From assembly GCF_018350175.1 (NCBI RefSeq), contig NC_058368.1, positions 234,548,001 to 234,612,000 on the forward strand: a stretch of 64,000 nucleotides of DNA, in the 5' to 3' direction. Of the stretch, positions 38,655 through 51,389 are shown in pieces. Every line of letters starts with the position of its first letter. Position 1 is the first letter of the stretch. A program made the translations under genes and the position numbers. Below the pieces are notes generated by a model. It was not told where the DNA came from. It was given only the letters and a program-made list of their open reading frames with translations, and did not search any database. Source of the stretch: Felis catus. Taxonomy: Eukaryota.

Positions 38655-38689
38655 TGCTTCTGCTAAGCAAGAAAAAGGTTTTACAGGAA

Positions 38690-39260
38690 GAGGGAGCAAT
38701 CAGAGGATAAGGAAAAGCTTTTAAAGTGAGAAATAATTGTTGAGAAATTTCAAAAATCAGGGAAGGGTAGGGGGACAAAATAGAGAACATCTTGTCAGGA
38801 GAATAAGAAAAAAGAGATAAAATATATAAGAGGAAAAAAACCCCAAAAGACCTGAAGGAAGAATGTATGAGGTTCAATATGTGACTAGTAGGAATCAATA
38901 AAAGAAAATGGAGTGAAGTTATATGAAAAATCGAGATTGAGAATTGTCCAGAATAAAGACAGGAGTGTTCAGACTGAAGCAGCCCATTGGTTGGTTTCTC
39001 AGTGCCACGAGTGGGGAGACCTATACCCAGACCCATTTTCAGGAAACCAAGGGTGCAGAAAAGTTCTTCCTAGAACATAAACGGGTTTGAAATAAGATCT
39101 CTTCTTATCCATGGGGGATGCTAAAACACTACCAATCTGATGGAAGGTGACTGGAATTTCTCTACCCAGCCAAACTATCAAAGTAGGAAGTGAGAAGGCA
39201 GGGCAGAAAAAGTTGCAGATGTGGAAGGACTCCCAAATGTTATCTACCAGTGTTCTTTCA
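38690..39260 (+). mobile_element. Degenerate L1M/HAL1 ORF1-like region
   Basis: A-rich purine-skewed stretch with gaggttcaatatgtgactagtaggaatc and gagaattgtccagaa motifs. Confidence 0.45.
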
Positions 39261-40432
39261 CTGAGAGCTCCTTGAGCCTGAATCAAGTGGGGAAGGAAGA
39301 CAGCAGGGCCAGAGGACAGAGGGTCCTGCCCCCCAGCAGGGCAGCCCCAGGGCAGTCAGGAGCAGGAGGCTGAAGAGCCCCTGGAGGGTGTGCCTGGGCG
39401 GAAGGAGGATGTGACCACAGAGCTCGACTGCTGGAGAGTTTGAGGGGAACAAGAATGGAAAAGACACAAAGAAGGCAAAGGGTTCAAAGGCGTTAGAAAC
39501 TCCAGAGAGAGTGCAGTGAACAGTAGAGCAAAAAAGGATATCAAAGCACACCACCCGGCTGCATGTAAACATGATTTCTGAGTCTGGGGCGGATAATCAC
39601 TGCTGCTGTATAACATTGGGAACCAACTCTGCAGATGAAGTCAATGAAGCCCCGAAGGGCTCCTGGGGTAGGGGACAAGCCGCCACCGCCTCACAGAGTC
39701 CAGGTGAGTGGTTTGTACCAGACGGAGCATGAAGTGCGAGCAAATTCCTCAGGGTTACAAAGGAAACAATAGGAAAACTAAAAATAGTGATGCGCTTGGT
39801 TGGGAGCGGTGGTAAGGCAAACTTAAGCTAAACCCTCTGATCGCAGCGGAAAACACTGACACGTAACGCTGAAGCTGACAAATGAAATAATGCCAAGCAG
39901 AGCACATTTCATAGAGATACGGGGGTAACGTCTAGAAGAGGGAAGGACCACAGGGAGGGGGTTGGGAAGCACGGGGCGGGGGACTGCCACCCTTTATAAG
40001 TCCGCTTGTACTATTTGAGTATTTTTTCTGTGCATTGCATTATTGGGTAGCAATCGTAAAAAAAAAAAAAAAAGTGTGTTCAATAACTTAAAAAAACAAG
40101 AAGGCCTTTACCAGGTTGCCCTGGGTTGGGTAGGGGGGCAGATGTGGGATTCTCTGCTCTGTACTAGAGATTCTGTTACGACCTGAGTTTTGGTCAGAAT
40201 TTCATGTCCTGTTTCCAGCCCCCACACTGGGAGATTCCTAGCCTTTCTGACCCTTGCCCCCAGCCTCAGAGGCTTTGATTTTTAGTGTCTGACTGGGCTT
40301 GTTACCCTGTAGCTGAGTGAGGAAAAAGCTAACCCTAAAATTAAGGGTTATTTTTAATTAAGAATATTAAGAAATAAAAGATTATTTCTCACGCAAGTGT
40401 TCGGTGGCTTTCTCCACTCTGGACATCCCCAC

Positions 40433-40600
40433 CAACACACACACACATACACACACACACACACATGCATTCCCATCTACATGCATACATGCTCTCTTGT
40501 ACTGTCTCACACAGACTCACAGATACACACATGCATACACACACATTCACATATACACACATTCACACACCCTCACATCATGTCTCCACACGCACACACA
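40433..40600. repeat. Degenerate CA-rich repeat
   Basis: Direct reading. Confidence 0.85.
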
Positions 40601-42279
40601 GGTCATGCCCTGAGGGACTCTTCAGAACTGTGTCCGACTCACGTCCGAGGAAGCTGACACCAGGGCTCCCCGGGGCACCTGAGTGCAGAACTCATCAGCT
40701 GTGAGTCTTACAACCCCTGGGCTTACAAAGAGCTTCTGGCAAATCTGTGTGTGGAGACAACGCTGTCTACATTCAGAGGGATCCCATCAAGAAAGAAGAC
40801 GTTACAGAGGAAAGAGAATAGAAGAATGAGGCCAAGAAGCTGCACAAGAAGTAATAATAAAAGGAAAAACAGATTTCCAAACTTAATGACAGGAACATAT
40901 GTAAAAAGGCCTGCCATAGAGGGGTTCCTTAATACTGTTAACTTAAAAAAAAGTCCCTGTCCCCAATTTAGAATCTATAAATAGTGTTAAGCTTTGAGAA
41001 GTGTTAATTCGCCCTCTCAAGAAATGGGAATTCATATGCTATTCCCAAAATATGGACTTTTAAAAGCCAGCAATGATTACAGAAGCCAAAATAAAATACA
41101 TACCTTGGAATGGATTATCGATCAGAGTGGTTTATGAGTTAAGTACAAAAGTCCTTTGAGAATTTAGTGGCCAGGCATTTCTTAGTTCAATTTGCTGTCG
41201 TGATTATGCAAAGAAATGTTATTTATACTTTCAATCAGAACCAAAGCTGGATAATTTCTGCAATGATAATGCTGGTGAAATATATTCTACTCAGATCAAC
41301 AGACTGGAGATTAACATGTAAAGAGTGAAGGCTAAGAAATCACAGCTCCTACGTGATGATGTTCTTGCCGTGAATATACATACATAATTCAGCAGAGCAG
41401 ACACCACGAGCAGACCCATGACACTATTTTAATGATTTTTTAAAAGCAATTTTACATGGCTAACAAATTATTAGATCTTTATCCAAGATTTGGAGAAGGT
41501 ATGGTATTGAAATGAGAGAATGGCCAACTCTTAACTACCAAGGCAGCTACTGCCGAATGTTTCCAGGCATTAGGAATATTGCCCAATGTGGGGAGACTGC
41601 CCTGTCCATGTGGGCAGGGGACACTGTCCCATGTGAGGAGGAGGTGCTGTGAGCCAGCCTCAGTGCCCAGGGTACGTCTTGACTCCCACTGGTGACAGCC
41701 AGGCAGTGAAGGACAGCAGGATGAGCTGTCTCTTGGCAACTGGCATTTACTTCACGTAATAAGAATGTGTTGAAGTGATGGGAGTAAAAAGTCATACAAT
41801 GCAAACAAAATTAGTGAACATTTGAGTCTGGGCAAATCCCACACGCAGTCGTGGCCTGGCCATCCTCGCTTACAGGCAAGTGGACACAAGCCCCCACCTC
41901 GAGTGGGTTCCTTAAACTCTGATTGATGTTGGTCCAATGTCAGATGCCCAAATGCTCGAAGCTCCCACAGCGATGCTCCAAGTGAAATATCTCAGGTCAG
42001 AATTCCTGCCCATGGATTTTTCAACGCTTTCTGGAGACCCCACTTCCTCGAATTGCAAGGGTGCTGACAAGAGTGGTGATATTGGGGTCTCGGGGTAGCA
42101 GGGAATGAACTCAGGGCACAGTCAGGGACATCCTAAATGGTTTGGATATGGATGTGTTCTTCTCCCCTCTCACGGTGCTCTGCCGGGACCTGCTCCTGCT
42201 GGACAGAACCAACTGACATTGAGGTGGCCCCAGACCTGCATCAACATTCAATTTTACTGATTTTATAAAGGAACATGGC

Positions 42280-42737
42280 TGTGATGGTTAATTTTATGTG
42301 TCACCTCGGCTGCGCCAATGGTGCCCCGATATTCTGTCAAACACTATTCTAGGTGCTTCTGTGAGAACAGTTTTAGATGAAACGAACATCTAATTCAGTA
42401 GACCTTGAGTACAGCAGGTTCAACAGACCTTGAGTACAACAGACCTTGAGTACATCCATTATGTGGATGGGCTTGATCCAATCCATTGAAATCCTTAAGA
42501 GAAAAAGACTGTTTTCAGAAGAAGAGGGAATGCTGTCATCAAACAGCTGTTGGACCTAAACTACAGCACCAACGCTTCTCTGGTCTCCAGCCTACTGGTC
42601 TACCTGCAGATTTTGGACTTGCTAGCTTCTGCAATTACATGAGCCAATTCCTTAAAATAAACTCTGTCTAGCTATCATCATCTATCACTCCAGCCATCCA
42701 TCCTATCAATTATATTTCTCTGGAGAGCCCTAATACA
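42280..42737 (+). mobile_element. ERVL LTR (MLT2-like)
   Basis: tgtgatggttaattttatgtgtca start, cctgcagattttggacttgctagc...catgagccaattccttaaaataaa...ctctggagagccctaataca end. Internal agaccttgagtaca occurs three times at 42400-42454. Confidence 0.85.
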
Positions 42738-42816
42738 ATGGGTACAATGGCGTAAACATAGGATATTACGTTAGGTCTGGTATAGCACCTGGGCGTCAAC
42801 TTCATTTGTATTTTTT

Positions 42817-43006
42817 TTAAGTTTACTTATTTATTTTGAGAGAGAGAAAGACCAAGTTGGGGGCGGTCAGAGAGAGAGGACAGAGTGAAAATCCCAAGCA
42901 GACTCTGACAGCACAGAGCCCCATATGGGGCTCGATCCCATGAACTATGAAATCATGACCTGAGCCAAAGTTGGATGCTCAACTGACTGAGCCACCCAGG
43001 TGCCCC
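42817..43006 (-). mobile_element. Can-SINE
   Basis: Diagnostic body. TSD catttgtatttttt at 42803-42816 and 43007-43020. Confidence 0.9.
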
Positions 43007-43709
43007 CATTTGTATTTTTTAAGAGAAATCTATAAACAACATACAAGCTCACTCATATTAAAAAAGATTATAACTGACCCTCCAACAGTTCAGATCCTGC
43101 TGCTAAATGAAATGACCACACCCTTTTTTAAGCACGTTAGGATTTGGAATTGTGTATGAGGAATGTGGGGCTGCATTCCTAGCTCACAGGTGATCCTCAA
43201 GACATCTTTGCCATGCAGCCTAATTCCAGTTTTCAGGGGACAAAACTGAGGGTCAGAGAGGCTAAGCTCCTTGCCTTGGGTCCTAACTAGTAGATAACAG
43301 GAGGCCCCAGGGCCCATGGCTCCCCCCCACTCCCCCCCTTCTGCTGCCTCAGAACTGCAGCAAGGATGTCCTCCCACAGTCTGGATATTACCTCACAAAA
43401 GACCACCCCCCCCCCAACCTGCTGATGAAAAGAATCTATAGCTAAGAGGTAAAGGATGTGGCTACGAGGAAGAGACTCTGTTGTGTATTATCCAACCTGA
43501 GGCACTTCTATCTGGGACCAGTGCTCAACTGAGTGAGACTTAGGTACAACCAGGGTAAACAGGGCTCTCCTGGACTAATGGGAAGGTCTGATCCTTCCAA
43601 CTTAGGGGGAATTAACAGGCATGTAGGGCCGTGGGGTGGATGGTATCCAATCTTGCAACAGTGACTGAGGACTAGTTGGACTATTGTTCCTAACCCTTAG
43701 TTCGTCTCT

Positions 43710-44133
43710 ATAGAGAATGATGCATCCCCCTCACCACCACATTTCCTCCCAGAGCAGCCTCCTGGGAGGCATGTGCGCTCCCTTCACTGGGCTTGGCTGG
43801 GCTGTAAGATGCTCTGGTTACTGGGATGTGAGTGACCAGACATTTGCCACGGCTGAGCAGAGGCCTCGCATGTGATCCTGTGGTGTGGCCCAGGCTCTGG
43901 GGCTCCTGCCTTCCACCGTAGGAACAGCACATCCCAGAATGCACTACCTTTTTAGCCCGGGTTCTGGAACAAGACAGGAGTTGTGCCAAGCAGAGCCCAA
44001 AAAAGCCAAGTGAAGCCAAGTCATGGCTGCCCTGTCCCCGCCTCGTGTCTCATCAGCAGGAAATAACTGTTTCCGGTGCAAGCCACTGACATGTGGAGGC
44101 TGCTTATTGGCACGGCAAAAGCTGAAAAGTACA
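43710..44133 (+). mobile_element. Old MaLR LTR (MLT1I/J/K-like)
   Basis: Ends caagccactgacatgtggaggctgcttattggcacggcaaaagctgaaaagtaca. Confidence 0.5.
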
Positions 44134-45044
44134 AATAATTTGGTCGCAAGTCTTATTTTTTCTTGGTTGTTGGCTGCTCTTTTTCCCGAGTAAACTCTGT
44201 CAGTGATCTCCTAGGAGTAATGAGGGGCTGATTATTGTCATGTACTGTACTCTCACGTCCCCGAATTGGGCATTCTTTCTGTCTTACAGATGCCCGTGGA
44301 TACAGGTGCAAGGGTCCTCTGCTGGAGACCTCCCCGTGGGGGCTCCACCGTGAATTTCATCCAGCCGGTGAGCACGGAAAGTGACTGAACGCAGGGAGTG
44401 TGGTGCACGGAATCTACAGCTGGGCTGCAGAAGGAGCTTCTAGGCAGGAATCCCAGAACCCGCTCCTGAACCCAGAAGCCCCTGCTCTGTCTTGCTCTGG
44501 AAGGCTTGGCCGCTCCAGCCGATGCGGATGGCGTGGGAAGCTGTCCACAGCTCTAACGCTCTACCCCTGCTCAGGGCTGCCCCGCAGGGTTGATGCCACA
44601 GGCGCGCCCCCCTTCTCCCTGCTGAACTCCATTTCAAGTTGATCTCTCGTGTGACCTCTTTTCATGGGTGGGACGTTGTCTTCTGCGGGCAAGTCTGGGA
44701 ATCATTAAGTCCAGTTTTGCAGCCTCTCCATGAGACGATGGCAGACTACCTGTATAGATGTCCACCTCGTTTCTCTTTCTCTCCGTGTCTCTTCCTCTTC
44801 CACTCTCATTCTTTCTTTGATGCTGTAATTACAAATATGGAGGGCACCTTGACATGCCCAGCTAAGCCACCCCCTCCTTCTCTGCACTGCCAAGCACGAA
44901 GCATCTTGGATGAACAAGGCTCTAGCTATGTTTCTCAAGAGGGTACTGGTGGTATTCTGGGAGGAAAACCCTTCCTTGTGGGGGACAGTCTCACAGTTGT
45001 TAGCAGCCTTGGTCCCCCACCTACTGTGTGCCCATAGTGTTTCC

Positions 45045-45515
45045 CTGGTAGCAGAATACTGCTCCCCCACAAAGGTATCTCAGACTTGTATGTTAGGTTG
45101 TGTGGCGAGGGGGAATTAAGATAGCAGATGGGAACAGGGTTGCTTATCAGTGGATCTCACAGTTGGAGGAGTAGCTCGGATTCTCCAGGTGGGCTCAGTG
45201 CAATCACCGGGTTCTAAAACGTGAGAGCAGGAGGCAGGGGGCTCAGAGGCATGGAAGGAGATGTGAGGACAGAAGCAGAGGTCAGTGTGACGTAGCTGCT
45301 GGATCTGAGGCTGAGGGACAAGCCGTGAGCTCAAAAATGTGGACAGCCTCTGGGAGCTGGAAAAAGCAAGACTTCAAGTTCTGCCCTGGAGTGTCCGGGA
45401 GGAATGCAGCCCCTTAACGCCTAGGTTTTGGCTCCCTCAGGTTTGTGTCCGAGGGCTGCCCTCCAGAATTGAAGAGAACGAGTCTGCGTGGTTCTGAGCC
45501 ACTGTTTGTAGCAAC
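45045..45515 (+). mobile_element. MaLR LTR (MLT1D-like)
   Basis: ggattctccaggtgggctcagtgcaatcac...ggagatgtgaggacagaagcagaggtcag...gagctggaaaaagcaag. Confidence 0.75.
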
Positions 45516-46343
45516 AGGTTTCCAAACTGTCCCCGGGAAACAGCAGTCCTTGCAAGGAACCATTTTATTTGGTGTTGAGAAGGTAAAGTAGCAGGAAAAG
45601 CTTTCAAATTCCCTTCAAATAGCTCCTTCCCCCGCCCCTCAGCCTGCCTCTCCCCCTAAAGTGCACACACGTCACTTCTCCCCCATGGGAAGGCTTTGCT
45701 CCGGGAGACCAGATGCCCCTGCTTCGCCAGGGCCCCAAAGACGAGACTTCTCAACCTTTAAAGAGTGAGTCTTTAACTCTTTCACAGGGATGGCAATAAC
45801 GAACGTGAAGGCTTTGAAAGCTGGCCGAGTGTTGGGTTGGAACCGCTCCTTCTGACTCTCTAGACTCTTCCATCCCAAGACGCAAGAGAGATGGCCAGCC
45901 CATAAGCTCAAGCAACAGACAGGTATTATGTGCCAAGGATTTGCTAGACCTGTAAATGCGGACACGGGTACGCGGCCTACCTCCAAGCCTCATCTGAAGA
46001 AGACAGGTGGGCTGTGTACCCCCCATATCCTAGTCCGCCACTGGTTGGCTTGCCCGCACCGAGGCTGGATCTCAGGCCTCCTTCTCAGGGCTCCTCTGCT
46101 GGAGACTAGTGTATTACTGGGGTTTCTAGGGAGCAGCCCATGTGCACTGACAAATCCAAGACGCCACTTGGCCCTCCTTCTCTGAGTATGGATGGCACCA
46201 CTTACCAATCTTCCCCACTGGAATGCGAGTTAGCAGGGGGCAGGAACTTTGGCAGATGTGTTCCCCCAAAGTGTTCTGCCTTGCCCTGTGGTGAGAAAGG
46301 AGAATATGGCAAAAATGTATAAAGAATCTCATATCTCCCTGCC

Positions 46344-46590
46344 CATGATGATTAATTGTATGTGTCAACCTGATGGCTAAGAGGTGCCCAGATAGCTGGT
46401 AAGACATTATTTCTTGGTGTGCCTGTGAGGGTATCTCCAGAAGAGACGGGCATTTGAGTTGGTAGCCTGAGGGAAGACCACCCTCATCAATGTGGGTGGG
46501 TATCATCCAATCTGTTGAGGACCTGCATAGACCAAAAAAGGTAGAACAAGGGCAGATTTGTTCTCTGCTCGAGCTGAGACATCCACCTTC
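46344..46590 (+). mobile_element. ERVL LTR 5' fragment (MLT2-like)
   Basis: atgatgattaattgtatgtgtcaacctga...gcccagatagctggtaagacattattt...catccaatctgttgagg. Confidence 0.75.
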
Positions 46591-46818
46591 AGATCACTGC
46601 GATTAATATGATGCCACATTACCCTACCTGTCCTAAAGATATTGACTTTTTTCTCTCTCTTATTCCAAAAGTCCAAGGTAAGTAGTCCAGTGTGGTGGGG
46701 CAGCTCTGCTCCACTGGGCATTCCAGGACTCATGCTCCTTCTGAGTCATCATTCCTCCATCCTCGAGGGCTCCAATGCCACTGGCGGCATGAGGCGATTT
46801 CCAGATGAATTCACTTTA

Positions 46819-47032
46819 TTTATTAAAAAAAAATTTTAGAGTTTATTTATTTATGAGAGATAGAGACAGTGCAAGTGGGGGAGGGGCAGAGAGAGAGGGA
46901 GACACAGAATGGGAAGCTCCAGGCTCTGAGCTGTCAGCACAGAGCCCGACGTGGGGCTCGAACTCACAAACCATGAGATCGTGACCTGAGCCTAAGTCGG
47001 ACATTTAACCGACCAAACCACCCAGGCACCCC
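46819..47032 (-). mobile_element. Can-SINE (SINEC_Fc)
   Basis: Diagnostic body with attcacttta on both sides. Confidence 0.9.
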
Positions 47033-47044
47033 CACCATTCACTT

Positions 47045-47135
47045 TAAATGGATTAAAATACAGTAATTTCAGTTCCTCGGCTGCACTAGTCACATTTCAA
47101 GTATCCAGCGTTCACCATCTGGGTCAGCACAGATC
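47045..47135. mobile_element. MER3-like hAT fragment
   Basis: ttcagttcctcggctgcactagtcacatttcaagt. Confidence 0.6.
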
Positions 47136-49129
47136 TAGAGCTCACTTCCTTCCTTCCTTCTTTCTTCTGGTGTCAGACCCGCACCTTTCTGGATGGTTCT
47201 TCCAGCCTTTTCTGGTTCCCTCCTCATTTCCTCTCACAGATATTTCCCCTAAAAAAGTTCTTGCATGTTCAATCCCCTCTTGGGACCCTCTTCTCAGAAG
47301 ACCTGTTTGAGCAACAGTACCACCACTTTTAGAAGGTTAAGGAGGTTAACAGGGGTCCTGCTGTCCTGGGCATTCACTCACCATGTCTGTTCAAACTTGT
47401 ATCGACCCACATCGTGTCCTCTCTTAGCTCTATCTTCCATAGCAGAGAATTGTAAGATATTTTTACTCAGTTTCCTGACAAAATCTGCTTCCTATTTGCT
47501 TATTTCAGATGCTCTTTGCTGCTGGACAGCATCCCAGTTCTCGGTCTTTCTGGATCAGAACTGGAAGTAGGTATTTCAGGTCCACGTGCACTGTGACTTC
47601 CTGCCAGGCAAGACTTTGTTTTCTGGATCATCACAATTAGAAGAGCATCCTTGAACACAACTCATTTCTCTCTGGAGCGTTTAAGACAAACTTGGACTTC
47701 AGCTGGATGTCATTAATTTTTACACAGGGCTATGAGACATCAGGCCTCCCATGGGTGCTAGAAGAACTAGCAGGGTAAAAACAGGTACAAAGTCTTAACA
47801 GTTTATGTTCCTCTGTTTGTATGACTTGCTAAAGAGTTAGATGCCTCACTCTATCCATCCCTAATTCTGCAATGTTATCCTGCCCTCTCTTGAATTTGTG
47901 TCATGTTTTGCATAGAAACTTGATTATGAAAGTTAACTGCATGCTTGCATTTCCCGATTGGCTCATATGCCAATCTGTAGGCCATACGAGTATAATCTTA
48001 TCTTGTTGCTTTTCAAATCTTGGTCACAGGTTGATTACACAGAATTCTAGATAGATCCACAAACGTTGCATAGAAAAGAAAACAGAAGAACTATCTTAGG
48101 GTTTCTCAATAGTTCTCAGTGTAAAAACATGAGACAATTTCTATTTTTTATTGCATAAGGCATTCCCTCTCTTTGACATGCGAACCTAATAGAATGAATG
48201 GAGTATCTAATTGATTTCAACACTCATGCGCTAATGTGGAACTTGGGGGAAAAACAGTATCAGCATCCTCTACCAACTGGAATTATTCCGCCTCCCAATT
48301 TTGTCTTTAGGGAAAACCTTCTGGCTCACATTTGGCCATGTATGGTTCAAATTATAGTAGCTTCCTCTTAGGGTTATGAAGAATAAATAAAATGATCTAT
48401 ATAAAATGCTCAGTAGAGTGCTAGATATTACCATTGTATGATCATGACCACCATCATCACCATCAAAACAACAGAGTTGCAAATCTTCCCTTCTGCTAGA
48501 ACTGCTAATGTGCTGAAATCCACAAAATGAAAAGCAGAAACCACTTATTTCGCCCTCTTGGTACAATAGCTGCTTTTTTTTTAAATTTAACTTAAGCTGA
48601 ATCTGGTTCTCAGAATAAATTAGAGTGAATGGCAAAAAATGTCCCAAATGGCATCAGTGAGGGTCATGAGTGCTGATAGAGGAATAATGGGAATGAAAAA
48701 AAAAAAAAAAAGGATGAAAAAAACAGCCTCCAGATCCCAAGGTCACGAAGTATTAGAAGTTAGGAAATTTCCCAGGGGCGGACCAAGTCAGCTTCAGAGG
48801 GAAAACAAATGGCCAAGTGTACGGGCAGCAGCACTCTGTGGGTTTCTGCAGGCAGCGTCCTAACAGGTACATCCTCTGACTTGCCGGGATTTTCTGACTT
48901 AATTCCATTTACATCTGGAGCCTGGGGTGCTTCCATTTCAAAACATTTCTTACCACAAATCAACAGCACTCAGGATGCTAAGTAAAAAAGCAGCCACTGT
49001 TTAGTTGTTTAAGGAGACAAGGGAAAATTTTGGTGCCGGGTTTCATGGGTTGGAGATGCTTTGGCTTCCAGCAGAGAACAGCAGTCAACAGAACAGTAAT
49101 TTTGGATTAAGTGATCCAGAAGAACTTTT

Positions 49130-49355
49130 ATTTTATTTTATTTTATTTTATTTTATTTTATTTTAGAGAGAGAGAGCATGCATGCATGAATGGGGGAGGG
49201 GGCAAAGGGAGAGAGAGAGAGAGAATGAGAACTTTAAGCAGACTTTGTGCTCAGTGCAGAGCCCCCAAAGGGGCTCGATCCCATGACCCTGAGATCATGA
49301 CCTGAGCCAAAATCCAGAGTGAGACACTCAACCGACTGAGCCACCCAGGTGCCCC
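49130..49355 (-). mobile_element. Can-SINE with (ATTTT)n tail
   Basis: Diagnostic body with agaag(a/t)actttt TSD. Confidence 0.9.
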
Positions 49356-49445
49356 TAGAAGTACTTTTTAACTCTCTTGTATTTAATGGACCTCAATGGT
49401 TCCATTTGGGATGGTTTTAAAAGTCTGACTTTACAACCTTCCATT

Positions 49446-49638
49446 TCTTTTTTTTTTAAGTTTATTTATTTTGAGAGAGAGAGAGAGAACAGGGGAGGGG
49501 CAGAGAGAAAGAGAAAGAGAGAATCTCAAGCACTGTCAGCACAGACCCCAATGAGAGCCTCGAACTTGCAAACTGTGAGGTCAGGACCTGAGCTGAAATC
49601 AAGAGTCAGAGGCTTAACCGGCTTAACCAGGGCACCCC
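49446..49638 (-). mobile_element. Can-SINE
   Basis: TSD acaaccttccatt at 49433-49445 and 49639-49651. Confidence 0.9.
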
Positions 49639-49861
49639 ACAACCTTCCATTCTTGCTCTCACTCTAGCCCATGCAAACAGGAGGAGAGGGGAAGGAGAAA
49701 AGTCTATGGGGATGAAATTGGTAATTGGCAGACTAATCACGGATCACAAAAGTGTCGGGACTGATAGCACGGTCTCACTCATCGCGATCTAGCCCTGAGT
49801 TAACCACCCTGTGGTTACAACACAGAAAGCTAGGGCTAGTGTTCCTGAACAAAAGAGGAAG

Positions 49862-50302
49862 GTGTTAGGGGTTGAATTTTTTCCCCCGCGCCCAAAGATA
49901 CCTAACACCCAGTACCTCCGAATGTGACTTTATTTGGAATTAGGGTTCTTCCAGATGTAATCAAGTTAAAATAAGGTCATTTGGGTGGGCCCTAACCTGA
50001 TCTGACTGGTGTCCTTATAAAAGGGGAAATTTGAACACAGACATACAGGACAAGTGTTGTGCAAACATGAAAGCAGAGATTAGGGTGATGCTTCGACAAG
50101 CCACAGAATCCAAAGATGACCAGCAACCGCCAGAAGCCAGGAGAGAGGCATGGAACAGATTCTTCTCACAGCCTCAGGACCCGACCCTTGCAACACCTTG
50201 ATCTTGCTCCTATAGACTCCAGAACTGTGAGACAATACATTTTTCTTGTCTAAGCCCCCTGACTATGATATTTTGTTACAGCAGTGCTAGGGAACTAATA
50301 CA
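49862..50302 (+). mobile_element. MaLR LTR (MLT1C-like), near full length
   Basis: tgttaggggttgaat start, gactggtgtccttataaaaggggaaattt, ctccagaactgtgagacaata...ggaactaataca end. Confidence 0.85.
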
Positions 50303-50856
50303 AAGGGTAGCATGATCACAAACTCGGGGCACCTTAATTAGGAAGGACCAGAATAGCAGAGCAGAACAGGAACCCCGCCTCAGGACAAAGCTGCTCTTAG
50401 AAGCTGGCCCCGTGGGGGGCTATCGATGCAAAATTCAGCAGACAGCAGAAAGCACTCAGGAAGCACTGGATAAAAGAACAGCGCAAATACAGGACAGGGG
50501 CGTGGCGGAGGGGCCAGAAGTTAAAACCACAGAAGCACAGATTTCTCTTAATTATTTGGAAAGCAAGTTGAGGTCCGGGTCTACCCAACAGGAGAGGGCA
50601 GCTTCCTGAGGGGTCACAGTCATAACAGGAAAACAGGCGTTTGGTTTCCTTATGCCGATTTCTTGGTCTCCTTTTCCCTCGGCCTTCGGATGATCAAAAA
50701 TCATTTACGGAGTGAGTTCGCCTATGTTTGGGACACTGGGGGATGTGTAAGTGTAGAATGCTTAAATACAGCTGGGACGCTGAGGCATGAAACACCCAGG
50801 AGTGTTAAGGACAATTCAGGGGCCACGCGGAAGTTCAGTGTCAGAAGAGGCAGACA

Positions 50857-50936
50857 GCGATCGCTTCGGCAGCACATAGGCTAAAACTGGAACGATTCGG
50901 AGAAGATCAGCATGGCCCCTGCCTTCCACATTAAAA
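50857..50936 (+). pseudogene. U6 snRNA retrocopy (nt 1-66 of U6, then a probable U6 3'-end remnant and short A tail)
   Basis: gcgatcgcttcggcagcacataggctaaaactggaacgattcggagaagatcagcatggcccctgc matches U6 nt 1-66 at 58/66 positions. The ACAGAGA box is mutated (TCGGAGA). No PSE/TATA seen upstream. Confidence 0.92.
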
Positions 50937-51389
50937 ACGGAGGCTGATGATAGGGAGGCCACAAACGACAGCAAGGCTCCGTCCATGGTTGCCGTGCAGT
51001 GGCCCAACTCCAGGGCGACGCTTAATAGTTGGGGCGACCTTGGACACCCTGGCTGTGTCCATAACTCGGATGGAAATGTTCCTGAAATTTCCTGGCTATG
51101 TCCGATGCCTTCAGGAAGTTTTTCAAGACTGTCCTTTCTTAGGTTTAGAAAGTTTCTTTCGTTCTCCGGTTTCCCAGAGGTGTTTTTGTGCTCGTTTTTG
51201 TTTTTGTTGTTTTTTTAGATCATAAATCTGGTTGGATTTTTTCAAATGTCTATTTTTTTAAAAATCTACCTGACATGTGTTTCTCCTTCAGTCTTCAATG
51301 GACTTAGTTATATAATAGATGTTATGGTGGTGAACCTTTCCTGCAGTCCTAGGAAAGGCCCAATAGATCATTCTTTGTTTTCACTGTGA

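Noticed and set aside
38302..39036. 244-aa hydrophobic minus-strand ORF
   Set aside because: It is the antisense of A-rich L1-like sequence and crosses a dinucleotide microsatellite, so it is a compositional artefact.
42400..42454. Three copies of agaccttgagtaca with short spacers (CRISPR-like look)
   Set aside because: A local slippage duplication inside an MLT2 LTR in eukaryotic DNA, with spacers of only 11 and 2 nt.
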